A DNA stretch of 64,000 nt from the NCBI GenBank assembly GCA_051418015.1, contig JBPRGF010000001.1:1-64000 (forward strand), in the 5' to 3' direction. The notes beneath the pieces are model-generated. The model was not told where the DNA came from. It did not search any database and was given only the letters and a program-made list of their open reading frames with translations. Position 1 is the first letter of the stretch. Each line of letters opens with the position of its first letter. Shown here one piece after another: positions 17,331 to 27,550 of the stretch. This stretch comes from Candidatus Nitrospinota bacterium M3_3B_026 (GTDB taxonomy: Bacteria; Nitrospinota_A; UBA7883; JBPRGF01). The position numbers and the translations under genes are program-made.

Positions 17331-18716
17331 TCATTCGCTCCTGGAGTTGTTCCCGATGCCATACTTGGCCAGCTTGTAGCGGAACGACCTGAAGGAAAGG
17401 TTCAACAGCCTGGCTGCCTCCTTTTTCTTCCCCCGGGCCTTGTCGAGAGCCCTGGTCAGAAGGTCCTTCTCAAGCGAGCTTACCGCGTCCTCGAGGTCTA
17501 TCCCGTTTTCCGGGATGTCGGAGACCCCGCCCCCGGCGGCTGGCTCGGCGAAACGCACCTCGTCCGGCAGGTTCTCCGCCTCGATCGTCGAGCCCGAGGC
17601 CAGCACCACGGCCCTCTCGATGACGTTTTCCAGCTCACGGACGTTGCCGCGCCAGTAGTGGTTTTCCAAAAGGCGCATGGCCTCGCCGGAGATGGAGCGC
17701 ACGGGGCGGCCGTCCTCGGCGGCGTACCTTTCCATGAACCGGCTGGCGAGCAGGGGGATATCCTCCCTGCGCTCCCTCAGGGGCGGAATGTGGATGGTTA
17801 TTATGTTCAGCCGGTAGTAGAAATCCTCCCTGAACCTGCCGGCCCTGATAAGCTCCTCCAGATCCTGGTTGGTGGCGGCGATGACCCTTATGTCCACCTT
17901 GATGTCCTTCACCCCTCCCACGCGTTTGAACTCCCGCTCCTGGAGGACCCTCAGCATCTTCACCTGCACGGACATGGGCGCCTCGCCCACCTCGTCCATG
18001 AAAAAAGTCCCCCCGTCGGAAAGCTCCAGCAGGCCCTTCTTGTCCGCGTGGGCGCCTGTGAAGGAGCCCTTCTGGTGGCCGAAAAGCTCCGACTCCAGCA
18101 ACTGCTCCGGCATGGCGCCGCAGTTTATGGAGTGGAAGGGCTTGTCCTTCCTGTCGGAAAGGTAGTGTATGGCCTTGGCCACGAGCTCCTTGCCGGTGCC
18201 GGACTCGCCGGTTATCAGGATCGTGGAGCGGCTGCCGGCCACCTTCCTGATGAGCTCGAAAAGCTTTTTCATCTTCTCGGACTTGCCCAGGAGGCCGCCC
18301 ATTCCGTAGGTCTGGCTCACCTCCTCCTTGAGACGCTTTATCTCCTCCTTGTCCCTGCGCCGTTCCAGGGCCTTGGCGATGGTGAGCTTGATCTCGTCTA
18401 TCCTGAAGGGTTTCGTGATGTAGTCGTATGCGCCGATTTTCATCGCCTCCACGGCGGTGTCCGTCGAGGCGAAGGCGGTTATCATGATGACCGGGACGTC
18501 GGGGGCGGCCTCCATGGAACGGCGCAGAACGGCCATGCCCCCCGCCTCGGGCATGTTGATGTCCGTTATCACGAGGTCCATGCCCCGGCCCTCGATCACC
18601 TTCATGGCCTCCTCGGCCGATGAGGCGGTGATGACCTCATACCCCTCTTTGCCGAGCATGATCTCCAGGAACTCCGTCATGCTCTTCTCGTCGTCGGCTA
18701 CGAGTATCGTGAACAT
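17331..18716 (-). CDS. pilR: Sigma-54-dependent response regulator, PilR/NtrC family
   Basis: REC domain, GESGTGKE, GSFTGA, FREDFYYRLN; C-terminal AARLLNLSFRSFRYKLAK is PilR-like; pilB nearby. Confidence 0.8.
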   Translation of the reverse strand: MFTILVADDEKSMTEFLEIMLGKEGYEVITASSAEEAMKVIEGRGMDLVITDINMPEAGGMAVLRRSMEAAPDVPVIMITAFASTDTAVEAMKIGAYDYITKPFRIDEIKLTIAKALERRRDKEEIKRLKEEVSQTYGMGGLLGKSEKMKKLFELIRKVAGSRSTILITGESGTGKELVAKAIHYLSDRKDKPFHSINCGAMPEQLLESELFGHQKGSFTGAHADKKGLLELSDGGTFFMDEVGEAPMSVQVKMLRVLQEREFKRVGGVKDIKVDIRVIAATNQDLEELIRAGRFREDFYYRLNIITIHIPPLRERREDIPLLASRFMERYAAEDGRPVRSISGEAMRLLENHYWRGNVRELENVIERAVVLASGSTIEAENLPDEVRFAEPAAGGGVSDIPENGIDLEDAVSSLEKDLLTRALDKARGKKKEAARLLNLSFRSFRYKLAKYGIGNNSRSE

Positions 18717-18902
18717 AAAGGTGTCGAACCCGAAGAAAAACCGGAGCGCCGGCCGCCCGGCGCGGATCGTTGAAGCCCTGTAAAGTTTATAATGTTAGCC
18801 GAACGCGCCGGCGCTGGCAAATTATTTACAACACGGCCTCTATCCGTATAGCCTATAATGTAATGGGTCTTGACAGTGAATTCCCGAAAGGCTCCTTCTG
18901 AC

Positions 18903-19454
18903 ATGGCCGAGACGGCAAGTTGGGACATGAGCATCCTTGTTGTGGATGACGAGAAGAGCGTGCGCGACATGCTGGGGAAGGTGTTCGCCGGGATGGGGAT
19001 CAGGTCCGCCGCCTGCGCCGACGGCGTCGAGGCGCTGGAGAAGCTCGGACAAGAGAGCTACGACCTCGTGATCGCGGACATAAAGATGCCCCGGATGGAC
19101 GGGATGGAGCTTCTCGCCAGGATCAGGAAAGACCACCCCGGCGCCGACATTCTCATGATGACCTCCTACGCCACGGATTACACCTATGTGGACGTGGTGA
19201 ACGCCGGGGCCATAGATTTCATAGCCAAGCCCTTCTCCGTAGAGGAGATGAAGGCCAAGATCAGCCGCGCGGAAAGAGAGCGCAGGCTCTTCCGCGAGCT
19301 GCGGGAGGCCAACCAGCGGCTGGAGGAGGCCTACGCGGAGATAATGGCCATGAAGGACGACGAGGAGGCCAGGTGCCGCCAGATAAACTACGAGCGGGAG
19401 CGGCTGCTGGCGGAAAGAAAGAAGATGACCGGGCAGCCGGGGAAAGACGGCTGA
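18903..19454 (+). CDS. Response regulator receiver protein with C-terminal coiled coil
   Basis: LVVDDE, ADIKMPRMDG, AKPF; no output domain. Confidence 0.85.
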   Translation: MAETASWDMSILVVDDEKSVRDMLGKVFAGMGIRSAACADGVEALEKLGQESYDLVIADIKMPRMDGMELLARIRKDHPGADILMMTSYATDYTYVDVVNAGAIDFIAKPFSVEEMKAKISRAERERRLFRELREANQRLEEAYAEIMAMKDDEEARCRQINYERERLLAERKKMTGQPGKDG

Positions 19455-19583
19455 GCCGCGGCGCGGCGGATGACACGCCGGCGTTCCAGGTGTTAGCCTT
19501 GATGGGGGGATATATTATATAATTTCAGGCGCGGGGGGGGCGGAGCCGCGGAAGGCGGCGGAACCTGAACAAACTATTCGACC

Positions 19584-21800
19584 ATGGCCGAGATAGCGGA
19601 AAAAAAGACAAGCTTCAAAAAAAGCGTCCAGGACGGCACCTCCTCCGAAGTACTGGGCAAGATGCTGGCCAAGGACGGGCAGATCACCCGATCCCAGCTC
19701 AAGGAAGCCGAGAACATCCAGAAAAAGACGGGTGTTCGGATAGGAAAGATCCTCCAGAAGCTCGGCTACCTGGACGAGGAGAGCATAATAAAATTCATCG
19801 CCCGCCACCTCTCCGTCCCCATCACCAACATAGGCGACGACAACCCCGACCCCGCTCTCATAAAGCTCGTGCCCTGGGAGACGGCAAGGGAGCACATGGT
19901 CTTCCCCATAAAATCCGACGGCAAGAACCTGCGCCTGGCCATGATCGACCCGACGAACTACAAGTCGCTGGAGATCATCGGCTCCCAGGTGAAGCAGACC
20001 ATAAAGCCGGCGGTGGTCTCGGAAAAGAACCTGCTTGAGGCTTTCAGGAAGTTTTACAAGATATCCGACGAGGAGTACGAGGAGTTCGTCAAGGCCGGGG
20101 AGCCGGAGGAGGACAATGAAGAAGAACAGCAGATCAACATGGAGAAGTTCGACGACATAGGCGGGATAATCTCCGAGGCCACGGAGGAGGTCGAGCTCGA
20201 GGACACGTCGGCGCAGGAGGAGGGGGAGGGGCTGTACAACTCCGCTGACGCCGCCATCATCAAGCTGGTCAACGGCATCCTGCTGAAGGGGATCAGCCAG
20301 GGCGCCTCGGACATCCACATCGAGCCCTACGAGAAGAGCTTCCAGGTGCGCTACCGCCTGGACGGGACGCTGTTCCGGGCCATGAACCTGCCGACGGCGA
20401 TCAAGGCGGCGCTGATTTCGCGCTTCAAGATAATGGCGAACCTGAACATCGCCGAGAAACGAAGACCCCAGGACGGACGTATAAAGCTCAAGCTCGGCCG
20501 CGGCAAGTCCATAGACTTCCGCGTGAGCATCCTGCCGACGCTGTTCGGCGAGTCGATAGTCCTGCGCCTGCTCGACCAGAGCAAGCTCCAGATAGACATG
20601 ACAAAGCTGGGCTTCTCCCGGAAGATGCTGGACAGGTTCATAAAGCTGATCGAGAAGCCTCAGGGGCTGGTCCTCGTCACCGGCCCCACCGGCTCCGGCA
20701 AGACGAACACCCTCTACTCCGCCATAAACATACTCAACAAGCCCGACGTGAAGATCCTGACCGCCGAGGACCCGGTGGAGTTCAACTTCTCCGGCATCAA
20801 CCAGGTCAACGTCCGTCCCGAGGTGGGGCTGACCTTCGCCTCGGCCCTCAAGGCCTTCCTGAGGCAGGACCCGGAGGTAATCCTGGTGGGTGAGGTCCGC
20901 GATATCGAGACGGCGGAGATAGCGCTGAAGGCGGCGATGACGGGCCACATGGTCTTCTCCACGCTGCACACCAACGACACGCCGTCGACCATCGGCCGCC
21001 TCCTGGACATAGGCATTCCCGGCTACATGATCTCCTCCTCCCTCAGCGCCGTCCTCGCCCAGAGGCTCCTGCGGCGTATATGCGAAAACTGCAAGGAGGA
21101 GGTGAAGGACGTGAACCCTCAGGAGCTGCTGAACGCCGGCGTGGCCAAGGAGGACATCCCCGGTTTCAAGCTGTACAAGGGCAAGGGCTGCGCCGTCTGC
21201 TCCGGCACCGGGTACAAGGGAAGGGTCGGCGTCTTCGAGCTGATGGACGCCACCCAGGCCGTCAAGGAGGCGATAACCGCCCAGGTGGACGAGGCCCAGC
21301 TTCGCAAGATCGCCATCAAGGAGGGGATGCGCACGCTCCGGATGGACGCGCTGGAGAAGGCCCGCGAGGGGCACACGGACCTGAACGAGGTGCTGGCCAA
21401 AACGGTGCTCATAAAAGAGGCCCTCCCGGCCTACCTGCTCAACCCCGACGAACTCACGTTCGAGGACGGCGACCTCATCATCAAGGAAGGCAACACAGAC
21501 AAAAACTTCTACCAGCTCCTGCAGGGCAGCCTGATAATCACCAAGAGCGGCAGAATAGTGGGGGAGATATCGCAGCCCGGGGAGTATTTCGGCGAGATGT
21601 CGGCGCTGCTCGACCAGCCTCGCACAGCCACCATAAAGTCCAGGGGCAAAAGCGTTGTCAAAGTCTTCCCCGGCGACAAGCTGAAGCAGACGATCGAAAA
21701 CTACCCGGAGATCGCCTTCAAGATAATCAAGTCGCTCATAAGCCGCCTCAACGAGGCGGACAAGAGGCTGGCCAGAGTGGGAGACCGCGCCCCCAGATGA
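19584..21800 (+). CDS. pilB: Type IV pilus assembly ATPase PilB with MshEN-like N-terminus and C-terminal cNMP-binding domain
   Basis: ASDIHIEP, NIAEKRRPQDG, GPTGSGKT, AEDPVE, LRQDPEVILVGEVRD, STLHTND, CENC/CAVC Zn motif; tail IIKEG...GEYFGEMSALLDQPRTAT. Confidence 0.92.
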   Translation: MAEIAEKKTSFKKSVQDGTSSEVLGKMLAKDGQITRSQLKEAENIQKKTGVRIGKILQKLGYLDEESIIKFIARHLSVPITNIGDDNPDPALIKLVPWETAREHMVFPIKSDGKNLRLAMIDPTNYKSLEIIGSQVKQTIKPAVVSEKNLLEAFRKFYKISDEEYEEFVKAGEPEEDNEEEQQINMEKFDDIGGIISEATEEVELEDTSAQEEGEGLYNSADAAIIKLVNGILLKGISQGASDIHIEPYEKSFQVRYRLDGTLFRAMNLPTAIKAALISRFKIMANLNIAEKRRPQDGRIKLKLGRGKSIDFRVSILPTLFGESIVLRLLDQSKLQIDMTKLGFSRKMLDRFIKLIEKPQGLVLVTGPTGSGKTNTLYSAINILNKPDVKILTAEDPVEFNFSGINQVNVRPEVGLTFASALKAFLRQDPEVILVGEVRDIETAEIALKAAMTGHMVFSTLHTNDTPSTIGRLLDIGIPGYMISSSLSAVLAQRLLRRICENCKEEVKDVNPQELLNAGVAKEDIPGFKLYKGKGCAVCSGTGYKGRVGVFELMDATQAVKEAITAQVDEAQLRKIAIKEGMRTLRMDALEKAREGHTDLNEVLAKTVLIKEALPAYLLNPDELTFEDGDLIIKEGNTDKNFYQLLQGSLIITKSGRIVGEISQPGEYFGEMSALLDQPRTATIKSRGKSVVKVFPGDKLKQTIENYPEIAFKIIKSLISRLNEADKRLARVGDRAPR

Positions 21801-23353
21801 GGCCGTTTCGCCCTGGGGCCGCCTCCGTCCTCGCGGCCCTGACGCTCCTTTTCGCCGCGGCGCCCGCCCCGGCGGAGGAGAAAATGTTGTTCGATATATC
21901 GCTCGAGGAGTCGATAAAACAGGCGGCCGCCAACAATTTCGACGTGGAGCTGCGGCGCGTGGACGCTGACGCCGCGCGGGAAAACAGGATCCTGGCCGAA
22001 TCCGAGTTCGACCCGGCGCTCGAGGCGGAAGCCGCCTACCGGAAGTCCAGAACCGCCAGCACGTCGGCTTTCGCAAGCCCCGAGGTGAGCGAGAATGACA
22101 CCGCCTCGGCTGAGACCAGCGTCTCAAAAAAGATCGAGACCGGCATGGAGGCCAGGATGGGCGTGACCGGGCGGCAGGACCATACCAACTCCGCTTACGA
22201 AAGCCTCAACCCCTCTTACAACACCAGCATTGAGCTGGAGCTTTCCCAGCCCCTGCTCAAGGACATGGGAAAAGAGATCAACACCTGGAGGATAAGAACC
22301 GGCCTCAACAACGAGCAGGCGGCCAAAAACAGGCTCCACGCAGCCTTGAGCGACGTCATAACCAGCGTGCGGGAGACATACTGGGAGCTGGTCTTCCGGG
22401 CGAGGAACCTGGAGGCGCAAAGAGAGTCCCTGGAAAGGGCCAGAGACCTTGAAAACAGGGTCAGGGTCCAGGTGGACGTGGGGGCGCTCTCCCCCTTGGA
22501 GATAGTCCAGGCCCAGGCCTCGGTGGCGGAGCGGGAGAGGCTGGTCATAGAGTCGGACAACGCCGTGGACCGGGTGGGGGACCAGCTCTTGAAACTGCTG
22601 AACCCCCCCTCCGGCGACAGGATATGGGAAAACAGGCTCAACCCCACCGATGTCCCCCCCGCGCGCTTCCCGGCCGTGGACATGGAGGGGAGCGTCCGGG
22701 AGGCCCTCGGGCGCCGCCCGGAGGTGACGGCGGCCAGGAAAGAGATGGAGAACAGGAAGATCGAACTCGTCTACAGGGAAAACCAGGAGTGGCCCAGCCT
22801 CGACATAGTGGCGAGCCTCAGTCTCAACGGCGTCCGGGGCGAGGGACAGCCGGTCACCAGCTTCACAGAGGGGAGGACGCAGGTTTCAAGCTTCGCGGGG
22901 GGCTGGGACGACACGTTCCGGGACGCGGCGTCCGGCGGGTACTATGATTACCTCGTTGGCCTGCGTTTCTCCTATCCCCTCGGCGCGCGCGGAGCGAAGG
23001 CCCAGGCGGCGATCGCGGCGCTGGACCTTCAGACCGCCCTCATAAAGCTGCAGGAGCTGGAAAAGGAGATCATCCTCGAAGTCCGCGACGCCGTCCGCGA
23101 GATAGAGAACGGAAAGAAGCGGATCGAGGCGGCGAAATCCGCCAGGGTCCTGGCGGAAAAGAGGCTGGAAGCGGAGATCCGCAAGTTCGAGGTCGGCGCG
23201 TCCACCTCCTTCAACGTCCTGGAATATCAAAAAGACCTCACCGTCCAGCAGACCGAGGAGCTGCGGGCCATGGCCGAAAGCCGCAAGGCGGTCGCCAGGT
23301 ATTACCGGGCCACCGGCCGCGCGCTGGAGGAGGGCGGCATGGAGCTGGATTAG
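21797..23353 (+). CDS. TolC family outer membrane efflux protein
   Basis: Signal peptide from ATG 21797 (ATGA overlap with pilB stop); LSQPLL, YWELV, RPE, KFEVGASTSFNVL OEP motifs. Confidence 0.88.
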   Translation: MRPFRPGAASVLAALTLLFAAAPAPAEEKMLFDISLEESIKQAAANNFDVELRRVDADAARENRILAESEFDPALEAEAAYRKSRTASTSAFASPEVSENDTASAETSVSKKIETGMEARMGVTGRQDHTNSAYESLNPSYNTSIELELSQPLLKDMGKEINTWRIRTGLNNEQAAKNRLHAALSDVITSVRETYWELVFRARNLEAQRESLERARDLENRVRVQVDVGALSPLEIVQAQASVAERERLVIESDNAVDRVGDQLLKLLNPPSGDRIWENRLNPTDVPPARFPAVDMEGSVREALGRRPEVTAARKEMENRKIELVYRENQEWPSLDIVASLSLNGVRGEGQPVTSFTEGRTQVSSFAGGWDDTFRDAASGGYYDYLVGLRFSYPLGARGAKAQAAIAALDLQTALIKLQELEKEIILEVRDAVREIENGKKRIEAAKSARVLAEKRLEAEIRKFEVGASTSFNVLEYQKDLTVQQTEELRAMAESRKAVARYYRATGRALEEGGMELD

Positions 23354-23365
23354 GCTCTACCCATC

Positions 23366-24700
23366 ATGTCTTGCCCGGTTCTTATCGTGGACCTTGACAG
23401 GCTCGCCTCCGAGACGCTGCGGGCGCTGCTGGAGAGCGCCGGGGCGAAGGCGCGCGCCGCCTACGACCCGGCGGAGCTTCCCTCGCTGGATATAGAGTCC
23501 GGCTACTCCGTGATAGTGGCCGACCCGCGCTTCCCCGGCGTGAAAGGCAAGGATGTCATCGGCTACCTGCGCTCCAGGGCTCCCAACGCCGCCATCGTCA
23601 GCGCGGCCGGCCCCGGCGAGGGAGGGAGCCGCGCGCTGAGCAAACCATACGGGCCGGAGAGCGTGAGCGCAATCATGGAGCTGGCCGGAGAGGCGCGGAA
23701 ACGGGCCGGGCGAGACTTCGTCAACATGATCGGCAGGTCGGAGCCGATGCTGGCCCTCTACGACACGATACGGGCCGTCGCCGGGACGGACTCCTCGGCC
23801 CTGATCCACGGCGAGACCGGCGCGGGAAAAGAGCTTGTCGCCGCCGCCATACACAGCCTCAGCAGGCGCAAAGGCAAAAAGTTCGTCACCATAAACTGCG
23901 GAGCGTTGAGCGAGCCGCTGCTGGAGGCGGAGCTTTTCGGCCACGAGCGGGGCGCCTTCACCGGCGCCGTGAGGGCCAAGGCGGGCAAGTTCGAGAACGC
24001 GGACGGGGGAACCGTCTTCCTGGACGAGATAGGGGAGACAAGCCCCGCCACGCAGCTGAAGCTCCTCAAGGTCATAGAGACCGGCGAGGTGGAAAGGCTC
24101 GGCGCCAACAGGGTCATAAAAACCGACGCCAGGATGATCTTCGCCACGAACCGCGACCTCTCCTCGGACGTCCAGGCCGGAAGGTTCCGCAAGGACCTTT
24201 TCTACAGGATAAACGTCTTCCCCATCCGCGTCCCGCCGCTCCGGGAGAGAAGGGAGGACATCCCCGCCCTGGCGGCCCATTTTCTTTCCATTTACGCCTC
24301 CCGCCACGGCAGGGACGTAAGGGCCATATCCCCCGAGGGCCTGCGGGACCTTGTGGCGCGGGACTGGAAGGGAAACGTCCGCGAGCTTGAACACGTCATC
24401 GAAAGGGCCGTCATAGTGGCCAGGGGGGACATCCTGACGGCCGAGGACCTCGGCGGCGCCGGACGCGGCCGGGAGGAGGACGGGCCCCTGGAGAGCCTGT
24501 CCGGCCTGACCCACAAGGAGATGACCAGGACCGTGATGTCGGTCTATGAGAGACGGTACCTGGTCGAGCTTCTGGAGGACTGCGGCGGGAACGTGGCCCT
24601 CGCGGCCAGGAGGGCGGGGGTGGACAGGAAGACACTGTACAACAAGATGCGCCGCCATGGAGTGGACCCGGCGGAGCTCCGGGGCTCATCCGATGCTTAA
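23366..24700 (+). CDS. Sigma-54 enhancer-binding protein with a shortened/atypical receiver domain
   Basis: GETGAGKE, GAFTGA, FLDEIGE, FRKDLFYRIN, Fis HTH (GNVALAARRAGVDRKTLYNKM). Confidence 0.9.
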   Translation: MSCPVLIVDLDRLASETLRALLESAGAKARAAYDPAELPSLDIESGYSVIVADPRFPGVKGKDVIGYLRSRAPNAAIVSAAGPGEGGSRALSKPYGPESVSAIMELAGEARKRAGRDFVNMIGRSEPMLALYDTIRAVAGTDSSALIHGETGAGKELVAAAIHSLSRRKGKKFVTINCGALSEPLLEAELFGHERGAFTGAVRAKAGKFENADGGTVFLDEIGETSPATQLKLLKVIETGEVERLGANRVIKTDARMIFATNRDLSSDVQAGRFRKDLFYRINVFPIRVPPLRERREDIPALAAHFLSIYASRHGRDVRAISPEGLRDLVARDWKGNVRELEHVIERAVIVARGDILTAEDLGGAGRGREEDGPLESLSGLTHKEMTRTVMSVYERRYLVELLEDCGGNVALAARRAGVDRKTLYNKMRRHGVDPAELRGSSDA

Positions 24701-25961
24701 GCCCGCGCTCTACCTCGGCAGCGTCCATTTCGAGCGCGGGCCGGGGATATGGGGGATGGATCCCGCCGCCTACGCCGAACTGGAAAGGGGTTTCAAGAAG
24801 CTGTCGCGCCGGGCGCTGCTGATGGCCGGAACCCGCGACACGGTGATCGTGGACAGCCCGCCGGACACGGAGTACGCCGCCAGGCTGCGCGCCCTCGGCG
24901 CCGGGGGGGAGAGGATCATAACGCCTTCGAACAGCGGCGGGACATGCCTTTCCGAGGACGCGGCGCTCTCGCCGGAGACGCTCGACTTTCTGCGGGGATT
25001 CGAGGGGAGGGTAGAGGTCTACATGCCGAGCCGGGCCGAGGAGCGCCTGGCCGAGGCGGCGGGGCGGCCCATCGCCCGCGCCCCATCGGAGGTCGTGGAC
25101 CTTCTGAACGACAAGATTTTCTTTCTCAGGATACTCGAGGACATCGGCACGCCGATGATGGAGACCTTCGTGGGCAACGCCGACGCCGCGGCGCAGCGGC
25201 TGCGGCGTGAAAGCGCCCGGCCGCTGATGCTGCGCGCCGGAGGGAGCGTGGGCGGCTCGCGGGTGTGGCCCGTGAGGAGCGAGGCGGAGAAAGCCGCCGC
25301 CATCCGCGGCCTGGATACCGCGCCCCGGGGAGGGCTTTATATCCTCCAGCCGTTGCTCGAGGCCGAGTATTCGCCGAATCTGCAGTTCTATATAGACGAC
25401 GAGACGGCGCGCCTTTTCGGGGAGACGGCGCAGGTCATGGACGGCATGTTCCGCCACTCGGGCAACGTCTTCGACCGCGCGGCCGAAGGCGCCGTCCGCG
25501 AGGAGCTTTTGAGGCAGGGCGCCGCCATAGCCCTTGAGGCGGCCTCGCTTGGATACCGCGGCGTCCTGGGGGTGGACTTCATCGTCACCCCGGAAGGTAT
25601 GGTTTACGCCGTCGAGATGAACGCGAGGTGGAACACATCCACCCACGCGCTCTGGTTTTTGAACCGCCTGATGAACGCCGGCCCCCTCGCCCAGGTCGAA
25701 AGCGGCAGGGGCGCCTTCGTCCGTTTTCCCGCCGGGGGACTTTCTGTCATGGAGTGGATCGAGGCTCTGGGGGAGGACGTTCTGGACCCGGACACGGGGA
25801 GGGGGGTTTTACCGTGCGATGGCGCCGGGCCGGAACTCGCCGCCGTCATCGCCGGAGAGGACGCGGACGACCGCCGCAGGCTTATGGAGCGCGCGCGGGC
25901 CGCCGCGGAGAAGACGGCGGCAGGAGCCTTGATCCCTCCGCCGGCGAGACCCGCGTTTTAG
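24693..25961 (+). CDS. ATP-grasp ligase, preATP-grasp/PGM1-like
   Basis: LLNDKIFF, SPNLQF, HSGN, LGYRGVLGVDFIV...VEMNAR ATP-grasp motifs; start MLKPAL overlaps the upstream stop. Confidence 0.75.
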   Translation: MLKPALYLGSVHFERGPGIWGMDPAAYAELERGFKKLSRRALLMAGTRDTVIVDSPPDTEYAARLRALGAGGERIITPSNSGGTCLSEDAALSPETLDFLRGFEGRVEVYMPSRAEERLAEAAGRPIARAPSEVVDLLNDKIFFLRILEDIGTPMMETFVGNADAAAQRLRRESARPLMLRAGGSVGGSRVWPVRSEAEKAAAIRGLDTAPRGGLYILQPLLEAEYSPNLQFYIDDETARLFGETAQVMDGMFRHSGNVFDRAAEGAVREELLRQGAAIALEAASLGYRGVLGVDFIVTPEGMVYAVEMNARWNTSTHALWFLNRLMNAGPLAQVESGRGAFVRFPAGGLSVMEWIEALGEDVLDPDTGRGVLPCDGAGPELAAVIAGEDADDRRRLMERARAAAEKTAAGALIPPPARPAF

Positions 25962-26626
25962 GCGTCCCCTTGCGGCTCGCCGCCCGCGACGTGTTTTTCC
26001 TTTATCACCTTGCCGAATTTCGGAGTTACGATCCCGCCGGAGACGATCATCTTTATCCCCTCTTCCACGGTCATGTCCATGATTATCAGGTCCTCTCTCG
26101 GCACAAGCAACAGGAAACCGGACGTGGGGTTGGGGGTGGTAGGCAGAAAGACGTTCACGAGGTTCTCCGCCGTCCGCTCCTGGGCCTCTCCCCTGGTGTC
26201 GCTGGTGATGAAGGCCAGGCAATATATCCCCCGCCGGGGATACTCGAGCATGACCACCTTGGAGAAGGTGTGCGAGCTGTTGGCGGCGAAGGTGTCCACC
26301 ACCTGCTTGGCGCCTATGTAGACCGGGCGGATCAGGGGGATGCGGGAGACGATGTTCTCCCCGACGTCCCAGAGTTTGCGGCCGATCCAGTGGCGCGTGA
26401 AAAGGCCGATCAGGAAGACCAGCGCCAGCGTCGTTACGACCCCGACGCCGGGGATCTTGTACGTGGGGCGGATGGGCGCGCCGGCCTCGACAAGAAGCTG
26501 TGTCACCATGGGGCCGAGGATGTTGTCCAGGGTGTCGAAGACGAACTTGAAGACCACCACCGTCACGACCAGCGGCAGGCTCACCAGCAGGCCGGTGAGG
26601 AATATTTTTCTTATCCTGGGGAACAT
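25958..26626 (-). CDS. DUF502 membrane protein
   Basis: FLTGLLV, RIPLIRPVY, EYPRRG, VFLPTTPNPTSGF. Confidence 0.92.
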   Translation of the reverse strand: MFPRIRKIFLTGLLVSLPLVVTVVVFKFVFDTLDNILGPMVTQLLVEAGAPIRPTYKIPGVGVVTTLALVFLIGLFTRHWIGRKLWDVGENIVSRIPLIRPVYIGAKQVVDTFAANSSHTFSKVVMLEYPRRGIYCLAFITSDTRGEAQERTAENLVNVFLPTTPNPTSGFLLLVPREDLIIMDMTVEEGIKMIVSGGIVTPKFGKVIKEKHVAGGEPQGDA

Positions 26627-26647
26627 GAGGAGAGTTTGGCCTTCGGG

Positions 26648-27538
26648 CTAGATGGTTATGATGAGGCGCTCACGGGCCAGCCTGACGGGGATGGCGCCGG
26701 TGAGCGGGCTCCAGGAGCGGTCCTGCAGCTCCTGCAGGATCTGGTACAACTCCGCGTCGGTCCTGTCCGGGTCATGGTGGAACAGGGCCACCTCGCGGAC
26801 GCCGCCGTCCCTGGCGAGCTGGTACGCGTCGTCCACCGACGAATGGCCCCAGCCGACCTTGGTCTTGTACTCCTCCGGGGTGTACTGCGCGTCCACGCAG
26901 AGAAGGTCCGCCCCCTCGATGAACTCCACCAGCGACTCGCTCTGCTCCCTGGCCACCAGGCGGCCTTCCTCCCCCACCGCGTCCCCCTCGCTCTCGAAAA
27001 GGTTTCTGTAGGGCTCGTGGTCCGTCAGGTAGACGAAGGACTTGCCGTCTTGGTCGATCCTGTAGGCGAGACACACCACGGGATGGTTCACGTATTTCGT
27101 TTTCACTTTTATTCCCGCGCCGACGTCGAACTCCTGCTCGGTGATGTCGTGGAAAGTCAGGTCCGCGGCCAGCTCCGCCACCCGCACGGGGAAATAGGTG
27201 TATTCCATCTGCAGGCTCAGTATCTGCTCCAGGTTCTTGGAGTAGTGCACGGGCCCGTACATCTTTATCCTGTACCGGGGGTTGAAAAGCGGCGCGAAGA
27301 AGGGAAGCCCCTGGATGTGGTCCCAGTGCGTGTGGGAGAAAAAGAGGTGTATCTCGCTGACCGTGGGGTCGGCCAGGATTTCCATCCCCAGCTTGCGTAT
27401 CCCCGTGCCGGCGTCGAGGATTATCACGGGCTCGTTGTCGTTCCTGACCTCGACGCAGGGCGTGTTCCCGCCGAACTGCGACGTCTCAGGCCCGGGGGAC
27501 GGTATGGAGCCGCGCACGCCCCAGAACTGAATTTGCAT
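26648..27538 (-). CDS. MBL-fold metallo-hydrolase (phosphodiesterase-like)
   Basis: FWGVRGSIP, GGNTPC, DAGTGI, HTHWDH, TDHE, GWGHS, FHHDP. Confidence 0.9.
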   Translation of the reverse strand: MQIQFWGVRGSIPSPGPETSQFGGNTPCVEVRNDNEPVIILDAGTGIRKLGMEILADPTVSEIHLFFSHTHWDHIQGLPFFAPLFNPRYRIKMYGPVHYSKNLEQILSLQMEYTYFPVRVAELAADLTFHDITEQEFDVGAGIKVKTKYVNHPVVCLAYRIDQDGKSFVYLTDHEPYRNLFESEGDAVGEEGRLVAREQSESLVEFIEGADLLCVDAQYTPEEYKTKVGWGHSSVDDAYQLARDGGVREVALFHHDPDRTDAELYQILQELQDRSWSPLTGAIPVRLARERLIITI

Positions 27539-27550
27539 TTTCCGTTCGCG

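Noticed and set aside
21080..21796. N-terminal extension of the TolC ORF given in the track
   Set aside because: Overlaps pilB in another frame; the signal peptide starts at ATG 21797
19515..22127. Long antisense or alternative-frame ORFs (e.g. 19515-22127, 9748-11553, 25628-27601, 39522-40898, 61957-63414)
   Set aside because: Shadows of well-supported genes in high-GC DNA; no recognisable motifs
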